Virus record (IMG/VR): IMGVR_UViG_3300044825_001572 | Span: 1-64,000 of that record | Strand: one strand, 5' to 3' | From: a virus | Length of the DNA: 64,000 bases | In this document: piece after piece, positions 36,210 to 46,385 of the stretch | Position numbering within the stretch: position 1 is the first letter of the stretch | Layout: every line of letters begins with the position of its first letter | Notes under the pieces: model-generated | Databases searched by the model: none | What the model was told of the DNA's origin: nothing | What the model saw: only the letters and a program-made list of their open reading frames with translations | Made by a program: the position numbers and the translations under genes

Positions 36210-39200
36210 TTAGACTGTAAACCTATCCCTAGAAATCTTAATAGTATTGTTTCTATAGGTTGGAGTAAATTGAAGATTTGCAGAATATTGTGGATTGGAA
36301 CCCTCTACTATATTAGCAGAAAATGTTCCCAAAATTTCTTCATTAGCTACAGTTGAATATTCCATATAATCTGCAGCGGTATTTCCAGAACCTACAGATT
36401 GTAATAACATTACATCACTTACCTGGAAATTATTAACTGTGATTGGATTGAAACTAAATCCAGAACCAACATTTCCATTATCGAAAGTATTATTTACAGA
36501 AATTATACTACCAGAAGTATATCCAGAACCAGGAGAAACTACAGATACATTTGTTATTTTTCCTCCAGCAAGAACTATAGGATTGCTACTTGCAAAAGAT
36601 ACGTTAGCAACATTACTAGAAGTTAAAGTACCAATTCCAGGTCTTGTAGATAGTTTTAATGTTGATGCTGTAGGAATTTCTGCGATATAATAGATTTGTG
36701 TAGTAACTCCATATCCAGGTCCAGGAAGAATACCGGGGAATCCAAGAGAAGCGGAAGCTCTAGCAGTAGATCCAATTCCAGATACTGGAGCAGTTATAGT
36801 TACAACTGCAGATTGAGCCGTAGTGTAACCAATACCAGTACTTGTTACTGTAATTGTTGATACCCCAAAACCAACTATACCCGTAGTTCCGCTTGGGCTG
36901 AATGTAGCAATTCCAGATTGAGCTAAATCAAATTGTGTATAACCAGCACCAGAATTTGTAATTACTACATTAGTTACAATAATAGTTGATACTGCAGCAC
37001 CAACACCTGATCCAGTATCTCCAGGAACTCCACCAGAGAATGATACTGAAGGAATTGATACAGAATATCCTGCCCCTGGATTAGTAACTAAAATCTCACT
37101 AATTCCTACCCCTACAGATCCTCTAGTACTTGTACCAATACCAGTTGGTGAACTAAATGTTACTGATGGAATAAAGGTATAACCTGCTCCTGGATTAGTG
37201 ATAGTAATGTTGGAAGATGTAACTCCAAGACCTAATGAATTGACCATTCCACCAGCTCCAGTTATACCATCAACAGCTGTAACTGATATAGATGGGTTAG
37301 ATGTATAACCACTTCCAAATTCATTAACAAATACAGTACCAATTCCCATTACAGCAGAAGCGGAAGCGCCATTACCAAGACCACCACTTGGAGATAAGAA
37401 AACAGAAGATACTGTAGTCACACCAAAACCGACATTAAGCACTTGGATATCAGTCAAGAACATTTGCGTAATTGTCGCTACAGCAACTGTCTCTGGAGTT
37501 CCTCCAGTAAATACAATTATTGGTGGAACAGTATAACCAAATCCAGGATTGGTAATAGAAATACTTTCAACTTGACCTGAGACATTGATTTGTGCTGTAC
37601 CTTGTGCTCCAGTACCAATTCCACCTACAGGACTAAATGAAACAGATGGATTACTATCATAACCACCTCCACCACTAATTAAAATTCCAGTTCCACTAAC
37701 CCCCATCCCAACTCTACCAACAAAATTTGTTGGAGATGGTGATACTGTTAATGTAGGAGCTATAGTATATCCAGAACCTGGTAAAATATTTGTAAAGGTT
37801 ACAATACCTAAATTACAACCAATAGTTGCTGTAGTACCTATTCCTGCTGGACTACCAACAGTTAGAATTGGAGGTCTAGTATATCCTGCACCTGGATTTG
37901 GAATACTAAAATGGGTTGAAATACTAAGAGTATTTACTACAGCAGTTGCAGTTGTTCCTACTCCCGTTGGAGATTGTATTGTAATGGTTGGATAATTTGG
38001 TCCGCTAGTTCCAGCGTATCCAAATCCTGTACCATCAATCCTAATGTTAGTAGCAAATAATCTATTGACCCTAGCAGTAGCAGCAGTTCCAACATTATTT
38101 CCTGGTACAGAGACTGTTGGAATAAATGAATAGTTAAAACCACTATTAGTAACAACAATTGTAGAAATGCCAAATCCAATCCGCCCAGTTGCAGTAGTAC
38201 CAACTCCAATTGGCGCATTAAATGTTACTGTAGGAATTTCTGTATGAATTCCTGCTTGAGTTATCCTAAAGTCAGTAATGCACATAGTAGCTACTTGAGC
38301 TGTAGCTGTAGAGCCTATTCCAGATACTCCAGAAATAGGAGGATTATTCGTAGGAGCTGAAATATTTACTGTTGGGAAATTTGTATAACCAAATCCAGTA
38401 TTTGTAATATTAATAGAAGTTAATCTAGAATTTTCTGCCGCAGTTGGTGGAATAGCCTGATTGAAAAGAATAGGCTTGTTTACGTTTAATGATGAAACAT
38501 CATTCTGGAAAGCAAAATTTCCATCTTGAATTGCAGTAAGTGTTAATGATGTTTCAGGCTCTACGGTTAGATTAGCTCTAGCATCATTTCCACTACCACT
38601 TGTTGTTAATAGTTCTATGTTAGTATAACTTCCACTAACATAATCTTGACCTTGACTTAAATTACTTATTGATCTAGATGATGAAGAAGTTCCAGAACCA
38701 ATTAACTGTCCGTTACAAGTAATTTGAATATTATATCTTGCACTTCTTTCAAATCCACAATCTAAACTATCTAACGTAACTGCTGAAGTGGATGTAGTAA
38801 CAACTTCAGTATTTCTAAATTGTGGAGGTAAATATTCATCAAGGAATGCAAGTTGTCCTAGGTATTGATTGAGTGGTACTTGAGATGCTCCATATCCAAC
38901 ATCAGCTTGAGTTACTACATTCCAATATTGACCGGCAAATTCCTCGGTAATAGTTCCACCAATTGCTAGTGTAGATCCTGGATTTGTAGTTCCAATTCCC
39001 AATCTACCAGTAGTAGGTACATAGCGAATTCCAGATGCATTAATATCTAAAGTATCTCTAATGGTAGTAATTCCAGAGAATATACTTCTCCCATTTAATA
39101 ATGTACTTCCACTTACATTTAGATTTGCAGTTGGGGAAGTAGTTCCAATACCTAGACTATTTGTTGATGGATTATAAGCTAAGTTATCACTGTCTAATAA

Positions 39201-40748
39201 TATACTTTGATTTAATGAACCAGTGGTTCTTTCAACAAATGATAGATAATAAGTTTGATTAGTATTAACCCTATCAATTGTAGTTACAGAAGTAGCGGAA
39301 CCTACATTCACGCCAGAAGCAGAACCCCATACTGGAGAACTAGAGCTACCTTTAGATAGTAAGACTTGACCATCAGTTCCAGCATTCCCATTTAAATTTA
39401 AAGTTCCAGTTAAATTTATATTTCCATTGACATCTAAATTATATCTTGCTACAGTAGTTCCAATACCAACTGAAGATGCAATACTTACTGTAGAACCACT
39501 ACTAATAAAGAAATTATTTACTGTAGTAATTCCAGTTACTGTTAAGTTTCTTGATGTGGTTAATCCAGTAACACCTAAAGAACTTAAAGTAGAAATTCCA
39601 GATACTTGTAAATCTCTAGCTGTTGTTAATCCAGTAACTCCTAAAGTTCCTAATGTAGTAATTCCAGTTACTGTTAAGTTTCTTGATGTGGTTAATCCAG
39701 TAACACCTAAAGTTTCTAATGTAGTAATTCCAGTTACTCTTAAATCTCTTGAAGTTGTTAATCCGGAAACTCCAATATTTTGTTGAAATGTTGCAATTCC
39801 TGTAACATTTAAATCATTAAATGTATTTGGAGCATTTGCAATCGCAGTTTCAATTGTTGCAGTGGTAACTGCATCTAAAGAAGCAATATTTTGAAGTTGT
39901 CTTGAACTGCTGATAACTTGAGTAGTACCAATATTTAAAGTCTGAGATGAAATTGAAGTTCTAGATACTAAACTATTTACAGTAGCAACTCCACTAATGT
40001 TTGTAGTCCCTCTTACATCTAAAGTTGCTATTGGTAATGTAGTTCCAATTCCTACTGCATCTTCAGTAATTTTAAATACAATTGTAGTATCGTTTATAGT
40101 AAATCTATCAACTTCAAAAGCATTAGTTTTTATTGAATTAGCTGTTATTGCAGATCCTACAACTAAGTTATTTGAAATATTAGCATTCCCTAGTACATCT
40201 AATCTCTGCTTAGGTTGTGTGCTACCTACACCAACATTATTATTGGATGAATTAAATATAAAAGTATTTGAACCTTGTATCAGACCATTAGAATCCTTAT
40301 AGGCTACAGAACCAGTTTGTCCGGAAACTAAAGATACGTCAGTAACTGTAATATCTACATCTGCTCTATCACTACCTACACCAATAACTGTAACACCAGC
40401 ACCAGTAAAATTAAGTTTGAAGATACTTAATTCATTAGTATTGGGGGCGAGATTACCATTTTGATAAACTGAAATTGCCCCAGGTTGTACTACACCACCT
40501 GCAATAATATTTGCTTTTTGAGTCCAATATCTCTTTCCTGAACCTGAGGCATCACTGACTAAAATATATGGGTCTCCAGCTCCTATGGGAAAAGGGTTTG
40601 CACCAACAGAAGATACCCCTACAAGAGGATCTCCTAAGTCGGGTTCAGCTTGGTCTAACCCTAAAAATTCATATCTATCAGAAGTAATTCCAGATTGTGG
40701 TCTTTTTTTTACTCTTTTACTTTGATAGCTTGGATTTGGATTCGCCAT
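36210..40748 (-). CDS. tail fibre/virion protein (1512 aa) with many NPGAGYT repeats
   Basis: RYEFLGLDQAEPDLGDP N-terminus; repeat array; QVPLNQYLGQLAF motif. Confidence 0.75.
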   Translation of the reverse strand: MANPNPSYQSKRVKKRPQSGITSDRYEFLGLDQAEPDLGDPLVGVSSVGANPFPIGAGDPYILVSDASGSGKRYWTQKANIIAGGVVQPGAISVYQNGNLAPNTNELSIFKLNFTGAGVTVIGVGSDRADVDITVTDVSLVSGQTGSVAYKDSNGLIQGSNTFIFNSSNNNVGVGSTQPKQRLDVLGNANISNNLVVGSAITANSIKTNAFEVDRFTINDTTIVFKITEDAVGIGTTLPIATLDVRGTTNISGVATVNSLVSRTSISSQTLNIGTTQVISSSRQLQNIASLDAVTTATIETAIANAPNTFNDLNVTGIATFQQNIGVSGLTTSRDLRVTGITTLETLGVTGLTTSRNLTVTGITTLGTLGVTGLTTARDLQVSGISTLSSLGVTGLTTSRNLTVTGITTVNNFFISSGSTVSIASSVGIGTTVARYNLDVNGNINLTGTLNLNGNAGTDGQVLLSKGSSSSPVWGSASGVNVGSATSVTTIDRVNTNQTYYLSFVERTTGSLNQSILLDSDNLAYNPSTNSLGIGTTSPTANLNVSGSTLLNGRSIFSGITTIRDTLDINASGIRYVPTTGRLGIGTTNPGSTLAIGGTITEEFAGQYWNVVTQADVGYGASQVPLNQYLGQLAFLDEYLPPQFRNTEVVTTSTSAVTLDSLDCGFERSARYNIQITCNGQLIGSGTSSSSRSISNLSQGQDYVSGSYTNIELLTTSGSGNDARANLTVEPETSLTLTAIQDGNFAFQNDVSSLNVNKPILFNQAIPPTAAENSRLTSINITNTGFGYTNFPTVNISAPTNNPPISGVSGIGSTATAQVATMCITDFRITQAGIHTEIPTVTFNAPIGVGTTATGRIGFGISTIVVTNSGFNYSFIPTVSVPGNNVGTAATARVNRLFATNIRIDGTGFGYAGTSGPNYPTITIQSPTGVGTTATAVVNTLSISTHFSIPNPGAGYTRPPILTVGSPAGIGTTATIGCNLGIVTFTNILPGSGYTIAPTLTVSPSPTNFVGRVGMGVSGTGILISGGGGYDSNPSVSFSPVGGIGTGAQGTAQINVSGQVESISITNPGFGYTVPPIIVFTGGTPETVAVATITQMFLTDIQVLNVGFGVTTVSSVFLSPSGGLGNGASASAVMGIGTVFVNEFGSGYTSNPSISVTAVDGITGAGGMVNSLGLGVTSSNITITNPGAGYTFIPSVTFSSPTGIGTSTRGSVGVGISEILVTNPGAGYSVSIPSVSFSGGVPGDTGSGVGAAVSTIIVTNVVITNSGAGYTQFDLAQSGIATFSPSGTTGIVGFGVSTITVTSTGIGYTTAQSAVVTITAPVSGIGSTARASASLGFPGILPGPGYGVTTQIYYIAEIPTASTLKLSTRPGIGTLTSSNVANVSFASSNPIVLAGGKITNVSVVSPGSGYTSGSIISVNNTFDNGNVGSGFSFNPITVNNFQVSDVMLLQSVGSGNTAADYMEYSTVANEEILGTFSANIVEGSNPQYSANLQFTPTYRNNTIKISRDRFTV

Positions 40749-40773
40749 TTCTTATATCTTATAATCTTATTTA

Positions 40774-41130
40774 TTATTGGTTTGAAGTTTCAAGAATGGA
40801 AGTTAGGAACTTTAGATCCGTTGATGAACTACCATTAATTGTAATGAAATCATCAGTTTCTAAAACCAATTTTCCTGGTAATAAATTGGCGGTGTCATTT
40901 CCTGGGATAGCAAAGTCTTTTAAAATTTCAGTGGTGACTGTTCCAACTCCAGAAACATTTCTATTATGATAAAAACTAATCGTCTGAGTATTTGAACCAA
41001 TATTAGAACATTGTGCTAATAGAAATACACCAACGTATCCAACAGGCGCCCTATAGATTTCTTCAGTTGTGACCCCTACAACTTTTGTTACCGTTCTAAA
41101 ATTATTGACTGCGGCTGCTGCTACTGCCAT
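40774..41130 (-). CDS. small virion structural protein
   Basis: IY.AP.G...V.LLAQ..N...IP.ND...L..GKLVLE..D...SILET. Confidence 0.65.
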   Translation of the reverse strand: MAVAAAAVNNFRTVTKVVGVTTEEIYRAPVGYVGVFLLAQCSNIGSNTQTISFYHNRNVSGVGTVTTEILKDFAIPGNDTANLLPGKLVLETDDFITINGSSSTDLKFLTSILETSNQ

Positions 41131-41145
41131 TTATAAAAATCCTCC

Positions 41146-44100
41146 TTATTCTGATAGAGCGAGAATGAATGGGGTCATAGTTGTAAAGAGTGCTTTTGTG
41201 AAGTCTCTTCCTGAAATTTGACCTGTTGCCTGATTAATAATTACACCATCACCAATTTTGAAGTTTCCTGCCTGATCTGTTGATGTATATACCACTATAC
41301 CACCATTTTCTTGAACTACTTCATTTTCAGGAACTACAACACCACCTAACGCTGGCTTTGCTTTATTTATATCATTACCAGAACCAACCCATTCAAATGA
41401 ATGTGAAGATGTAATTTGTAAGCTTACTCTAGAGAAATATACGGTAGTTCCTGCGCTGACTTCATTATTAAGATTTTGTAATAGAGAAATTGTAGAAATT
41501 CCAGAAGATGGGAGAGTTGCACTATCAACTTTATAATAAATTGGTTGCATTCTAGAAACTCTTGCAGTTGCTTGAGTTCCAGATGATGGAGGAGCAATCT
41601 CAATAGTTGGTGGCTTTCTATATTGTGTTCCAGAATTTACTATAGTTATTGCAACTACTCTACCATTTTCTATAGTAGTAGTAGCCTGGGCAGTAATTCC
41701 ATTTTGTCCTTCTGGAGTAGTAATAGTTACTCTTGGAGCTGCAGTATAGCCAGATCCACCATCAATTACCTCAATTGTATCTACAAAATATAGTAGTTCT
41801 CCAAAATAACATACTTGACCATCATATGGTCTATAATCACCAACACCAGATACTACAACTTCGTTAGTTTTTTCTGGTGCTGTTGTAAATGCAACTCCAG
41901 TTGATCTATAGATTGATTTAGTACCAGCATCACCAACACCATCTGCAACCAGACCTAATCTACCAAAAGAGCTATTAGAGTTTGTAATATCACACTGTCC
42001 ACCAGATCCAGTAAAGACTGCTATATCATCACAAATTGTAAAGATAGAAACTAATTGAGCATATGCACCATTAGTAATAGAAACTCCAATACCACCTTGA
42101 TTGTATTGAGTGTAAGAATCTACACTCATTGTTCCAGTTACACCGATATCATCTTGGTCTCCAAGTTCTGCAGCAAATCCATCAATTTTCATTCCTATTG
42201 ATTTTGGAATAAAGTTTGTGCAGTTTCTTACATATGGACCTTGAGTTATAGGACCAACACCTCTAGAAAATGGTGGAATTACTATACCACCAGAAACATA
42301 AGTATGTGGAATTGTTGATGGTCCTACATTAATAGTAAATGTATCGTTTGCGGTATTTGTTCTATTAATAGCAATACCACCAGAAACATAAGTATGTGGA
42401 ATTGTTGATGGTCCTACATTCACAGTGAATGTTGAGCCGATTGCACTTAGAACTCTAAATTCAAATCCATTATTTCCTGTTGGATATAAATCGGTTGTAA
42501 TTCCACTTCCTGGAGGACAAGAGAATTTTAAGTTTCTAATTTCTACTAATCCATTATACGTCACTCCAATTCCAGGAGCAGTAATTGTAGTAATTCCAGT
42601 GATGTTATCGTAAACTGCTGTAGTGATTGCTACTGGCTTATCGGTTACTATATCAAGTACTCTGAAATCAAATCCATTATTTCCTGTTGGATAAATTGTA
42701 GTTGTTCCAGAACCACTTGGACATGAGAATTCTAATCCACGAATTCTTACTAGATCTCCAGTTTCTATTGATAAACCTTTTGCTCTAATTGTTGTAATTC
42801 CGGTTAAATTATTATAAGTTGCAGTAGTTACGGCAACTGTTCTATCTACTACTACACCTCCACCAACATAAGTATGTGGAAGTGTTGATGGTCCAACATA
42901 AACATCAAATGAGCCATCGTTATTAATATTATTAACAAAGAAGTCATAACCATATCTTCCAGATGGGAACGATTGTGTAGATATTCCTCCTCCAGAATTA
43001 CAACTAAATCTCAAATCTCTCAACTCAATTTGTTCACCTTCTTGTACTTTAAGACCAGGTGCTGTAATTCTAGTTCTTCCGGTTACTTCATCATAAACTG
43101 CAGTAGTAATTCCTAGAGTAGAAGTAAATCCTATTCCAGAATTTCCTGGATATGAAGTTTTTATTCCAACAGAAGTAAATGCGGTTGATCCAAGTCCAAC
43201 AATATTAGTTACAATACCAACACATGAACGAAGTGCTGATACTACGTTGGCGCAACCATTAATTGCATTATTGAATCCAGTTAATGGATCTTTCTGCATT
43301 CCAAGATCTTTAACTTGATACTTATTGTGTGAGTAGCTGGAATATTTTTGGATAAATCCACCAGAAACATATGTGTGTGGTAGTGAAGATTGTCCAACTA
43401 CAACTTCAAAAGTATTATTATTGATAACTTTAAGGACGTTAAAGATATAACCAAAAGCTCCGCTAGGATAAGTTACAATTCCAGGACCAGATGGACAAGT
43501 AAATCCTATTCCAGTAATTTTAACTGCATCATCTTTAATTAGTCCATGATTTGTAGCAGTAATTGTAGTTATTCCAGTAAATTGATTATATTGAGCATTA
43601 CTTACTGTAGTACCTAGTCCTACTGGATACCCACCCCAAGTAACATTATTAATAATTGCTCTTGCAACATTAAATGAATAGTCAACAGAAGCTACAGTTT
43701 GAGTTACTTCACCAGGATTCTTGAGTATTTGAGGAATTAGATTCCAATTATCATCGTAATAAGACTTACCGGCATCTACTGAACGTGAATTACCACCTCT
43801 TGTGATATCATGGATGATACACTTCCAAATACTCTTGATATCATCTGCACAATCTTGACTTTCTAATGTTACACCATATCTAATGCTTGGAAGACTAGAA
43901 GTATTTCCAGCTGCTATTGCAGATGTAATAATTCCTACTAATTGAGATATTGTAGTTCCAACTGCAACACATCCACCAGGGACTGTAATTACTGAAGGAT
44001 TAAAAGTTTGTGAAATGCTACCAACTCCAGACTGATATGAAGTAGTTGGTCCAACATTATTAATTACTGAATAAGCTATTCCTACAGCATAATTTAAAGT

Positions 44101-46350
44101 TTGAATTGTAGCCTGACTTACCCCAACTCCAGTAATGTGTAAAAGATTGCCCGAAGGACCAAAGTATGATAGTGCTGCACCTATTGATTTTCTATTACTG
44201 TTTGCCTTTAGATCATATGAAATAGCTCTGAAAATATCCTTAATATCATCAGCACAATCACTAGTTGTTCCTGGAGCAGGTACAGTAAAGTTTAGTCCTG
44301 ATGGTGAGGTTAAAAATCCAACTGCTTCTGCAGCAATAAAGTTTATATTACTATCAATCAGTCTAGCAGCATCTTGCTCTCTATGATTACCGGCAAATCC
44401 ACTAAATCCACTAGTTAAGAACCCGACAGTCTCATTTGCAATATAATCAAGGTTCAATCTAATCATTCTTGCAGCATCAAAATATCTATCAACTGCAACA
44501 CCTTCTAAAGTTTGAAGTGCTACTACTGCAGCACCATCGGTCATATCTGGACCAATAAAGCTCATATCAGTAATATGACAGCCATTATTAACGTGGAATA
44601 AGTCTAGATATGGATACCTAGGAGTTACTACACAGTTTCTTAGTTCTGTACCTTCTATTGAAACTGTTTTCTTAAGTACAATTGGATTTTCTTCTACGTA
44701 AACTCCAGGATATACTTTAATAGTATCTCCAAATACTGCTATCTTTGCAGCAGCTTTAATAGTTTTCTTAGCGTTATTTTCACTTAAACCACTATTATTA
44801 TCATTACCATTTTGGGTTACAAAAATGGTTTTTCCAGTTGGTCTGTAAGCCTCTATTTCTACTACACCCTTTCCATTTATTGGCTTAACATTTACACCAA
44901 TTCCAGCAGTTATTTGAGTTACAATTCCGGTTAGTGCTACACCATCACCAATAAATGCGGAAGCGATAATAGTATCTGCAGTAACATCAGCAAGGTTAGA
45001 TACTCCAGAAACATCTAATTGAGTAACGGAAGCTATTCCACCCCTAACATCAATAGCTGTAGAAGCTATACCAGTTACATTACCTATTAGTCTATTAGCA
45101 TTTATATTACCACCTACACTTAATGCATTCGTGTTTGGATTATAAGTTAATCCTGGAGTATCAACTCTTAAATCTGCTACTCCATCAGTTTGGGTAGTTA
45201 TGACTAGATTATAGGTAGCATTTTCATTAGTAGTTTGGACCCCAACGCTTACAACTTCGTCAGGATTCTTCCAAGATGCTGGACTTGTTGAACCACCAGA
45301 AACTAGAACTTGGCCGGGAATTCCTGATGATTGTAAAGCTTCTCTAGTGAATACTAATGAACGAACTTCACTACCGCTAACGAGATGATTTGGACTAACT
45401 CTAATACTATTAATTCCAACACTTATAATTCTAGTATTATTAAATATCCTTAATTGAGGAGAATCTACTACAAAATCTCCTATTTGTAATAATGAGGTAT
45501 TGACTCCAATAAAAGAACTTGAATTTAACGTTCCAGTATCAGTTTTTACTCCAGTTGGTGCTGTATATGTAAATAACCTATTACTTAATGCTATATCACC
45601 TATAACATCTAAAGCATAATTTGGTGAAGTTGTATTAATACCAAATCTTCCAGTTGATGGAATATAAGTTAGGCTACTACCAATAGAAACATTAGTGTAA
45701 CCTGTTCCTGTAGTAAATGTAGGATAAACTACTCTAGATGTACTAGATAGACTTACATTTATATTATTAGAATTTGTAGAAACTCCGGAAATAACCGCAT
45801 ATGAAGATATACCAGCATTTGTGGAATACCCTGCTATATTTGCATACGAGGATGAACCAGTAATACTTATATCGTAAGTTCCTGGAATAATAGTAGCAAC
45901 TGATGTAGCTGTACCAGTAATGCTAATGTTATAAACACCAGTTAATCTATCTGCACTAATAATTCCTTCATTAATATTTGCAGCATTCTGTAAGTAATTA
46001 GCTGTCTGTGCAGTTCCAGTTACATCAATATTATAAGATCCATTTAGGACATTTTGTGGAATTGTTCCATTAATTATACCATCAGCATCAGCAGTTCTAG
46101 CATAATCTACTTCAATTGGATAATATCCAGAGAGTCTTTGAGAACTAATAGTTCCAGCTAATATATTAGCACCATTTAATAGAGTATTAGAATAATCTGC
46201 AATTCCTTCAAGATTACCCACAAATTTTTGTGATGTAATAGTAGTAGCACCTACAATACTACTATTTTGTAAATTAAGATTATCACCAGCAGCTAATTCT
46301 TCAATTCTATTTGTCTGTGAATTAGCTATAAGCGGGTATCTATCAGCCAT
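41146..46350 (-). CDS. large virion protein with beta-helix (pectin-lyase-like) region
   Basis: IFVTQNGND.NSG...AKKTIKAA...GDTI.V.PG.Y.E; repeated PHTYVSGG modules. Confidence 0.75.
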   Translation of the reverse strand: MADRYPLIANSQTNRIEELAAGDNLNLQNSSIVGATTITSQKFVGNLEGIADYSNTLLNGANILAGTISSQRLSGYYPIEVDYARTADADGIINGTIPQNVLNGSYNIDVTGTAQTANYLQNAANINEGIISADRLTGVYNISITGTATSVATIIPGTYDISITGSSSYANIAGYSTNAGISSYAVISGVSTNSNNINVSLSSTSRVVYPTFTTGTGYTNVSIGSSLTYIPSTGRFGINTTSPNYALDVIGDIALSNRLFTYTAPTGVKTDTGTLNSSSFIGVNTSLLQIGDFVVDSPQLRIFNNTRIISVGINSIRVSPNHLVSGSEVRSLVFTREALQSSGIPGQVLVSGGSTSPASWKNPDEVVSVGVQTTNENATYNLVITTQTDGVADLRVDTPGLTYNPNTNALSVGGNINANRLIGNVTGIASTAIDVRGGIASVTQLDVSGVSNLADVTADTIIASAFIGDGVALTGIVTQITAGIGVNVKPINGKGVVEIEAYRPTGKTIFVTQNGNDNNSGLSENNAKKTIKAAAKIAVFGDTIKVYPGVYVEENPIVLKKTVSIEGTELRNCVVTPRYPYLDLFHVNNGCHITDMSFIGPDMTDGAAVVALQTLEGVAVDRYFDAARMIRLNLDYIANETVGFLTSGFSGFAGNHREQDAARLIDSNINFIAAEAVGFLTSPSGLNFTVPAPGTTSDCADDIKDIFRAISYDLKANSNRKSIGAALSYFGPSGNLLHITGVGVSQATIQTLNYAVGIAYSVINNVGPTTSYQSGVGSISQTFNPSVITVPGGCVAVGTTISQLVGIITSAIAAGNTSSLPSIRYGVTLESQDCADDIKSIWKCIIHDITRGGNSRSVDAGKSYYDDNWNLIPQILKNPGEVTQTVASVDYSFNVARAIINNVTWGGYPVGLGTTVSNAQYNQFTGITTITATNHGLIKDDAVKITGIGFTCPSGPGIVTYPSGAFGYIFNVLKVINNNTFEVVVGQSSLPHTYVSGGFIQKYSSYSHNKYQVKDLGMQKDPLTGFNNAINGCANVVSALRSCVGIVTNIVGLGSTAFTSVGIKTSYPGNSGIGFTSTLGITTAVYDEVTGRTRITAPGLKVQEGEQIELRDLRFSCNSGGGISTQSFPSGRYGYDFFVNNINNDGSFDVYVGPSTLPHTYVGGGVVVDRTVAVTTATYNNLTGITTIRAKGLSIETGDLVRIRGLEFSCPSGSGTTTIYPTGNNGFDFRVLDIVTDKPVAITTAVYDNITGITTITAPGIGVTYNGLVEIRNLKFSCPPGSGITTDLYPTGNNGFEFRVLSAIGSTFTVNVGPSTIPHTYVSGGIAINRTNTANDTFTINVGPSTIPHTYVSGGIVIPPFSRGVGPITQGPYVRNCTNFIPKSIGMKIDGFAAELGDQDDIGVTGTMSVDSYTQYNQGGIGVSITNGAYAQLVSIFTICDDIAVFTGSGGQCDITNSNSSFGRLGLVADGVGDAGTKSIYRSTGVAFTTAPEKTNEVVVSGVGDYRPYDGQVCYFGELLYFVDTIEVIDGGSGYTAAPRVTITTPEGQNGITAQATTTIENGRVVAITIVNSGTQYRKPPTIEIAPPSSGTQATARVSRMQPIYYKVDSATLPSSGISTISLLQNLNNEVSAGTTVYFSRVSLQITSSHSFEWVGSGNDINKAKPALGGVVVPENEVVQENGGIVVYTSTDQAGNFKIGDGVIINQATGQISGRDFTKALFTTMTPFILALSE

Positions 46351-46385
46351 TACTTATGATTGATTACTTTTTGTTCTTAAGATAT

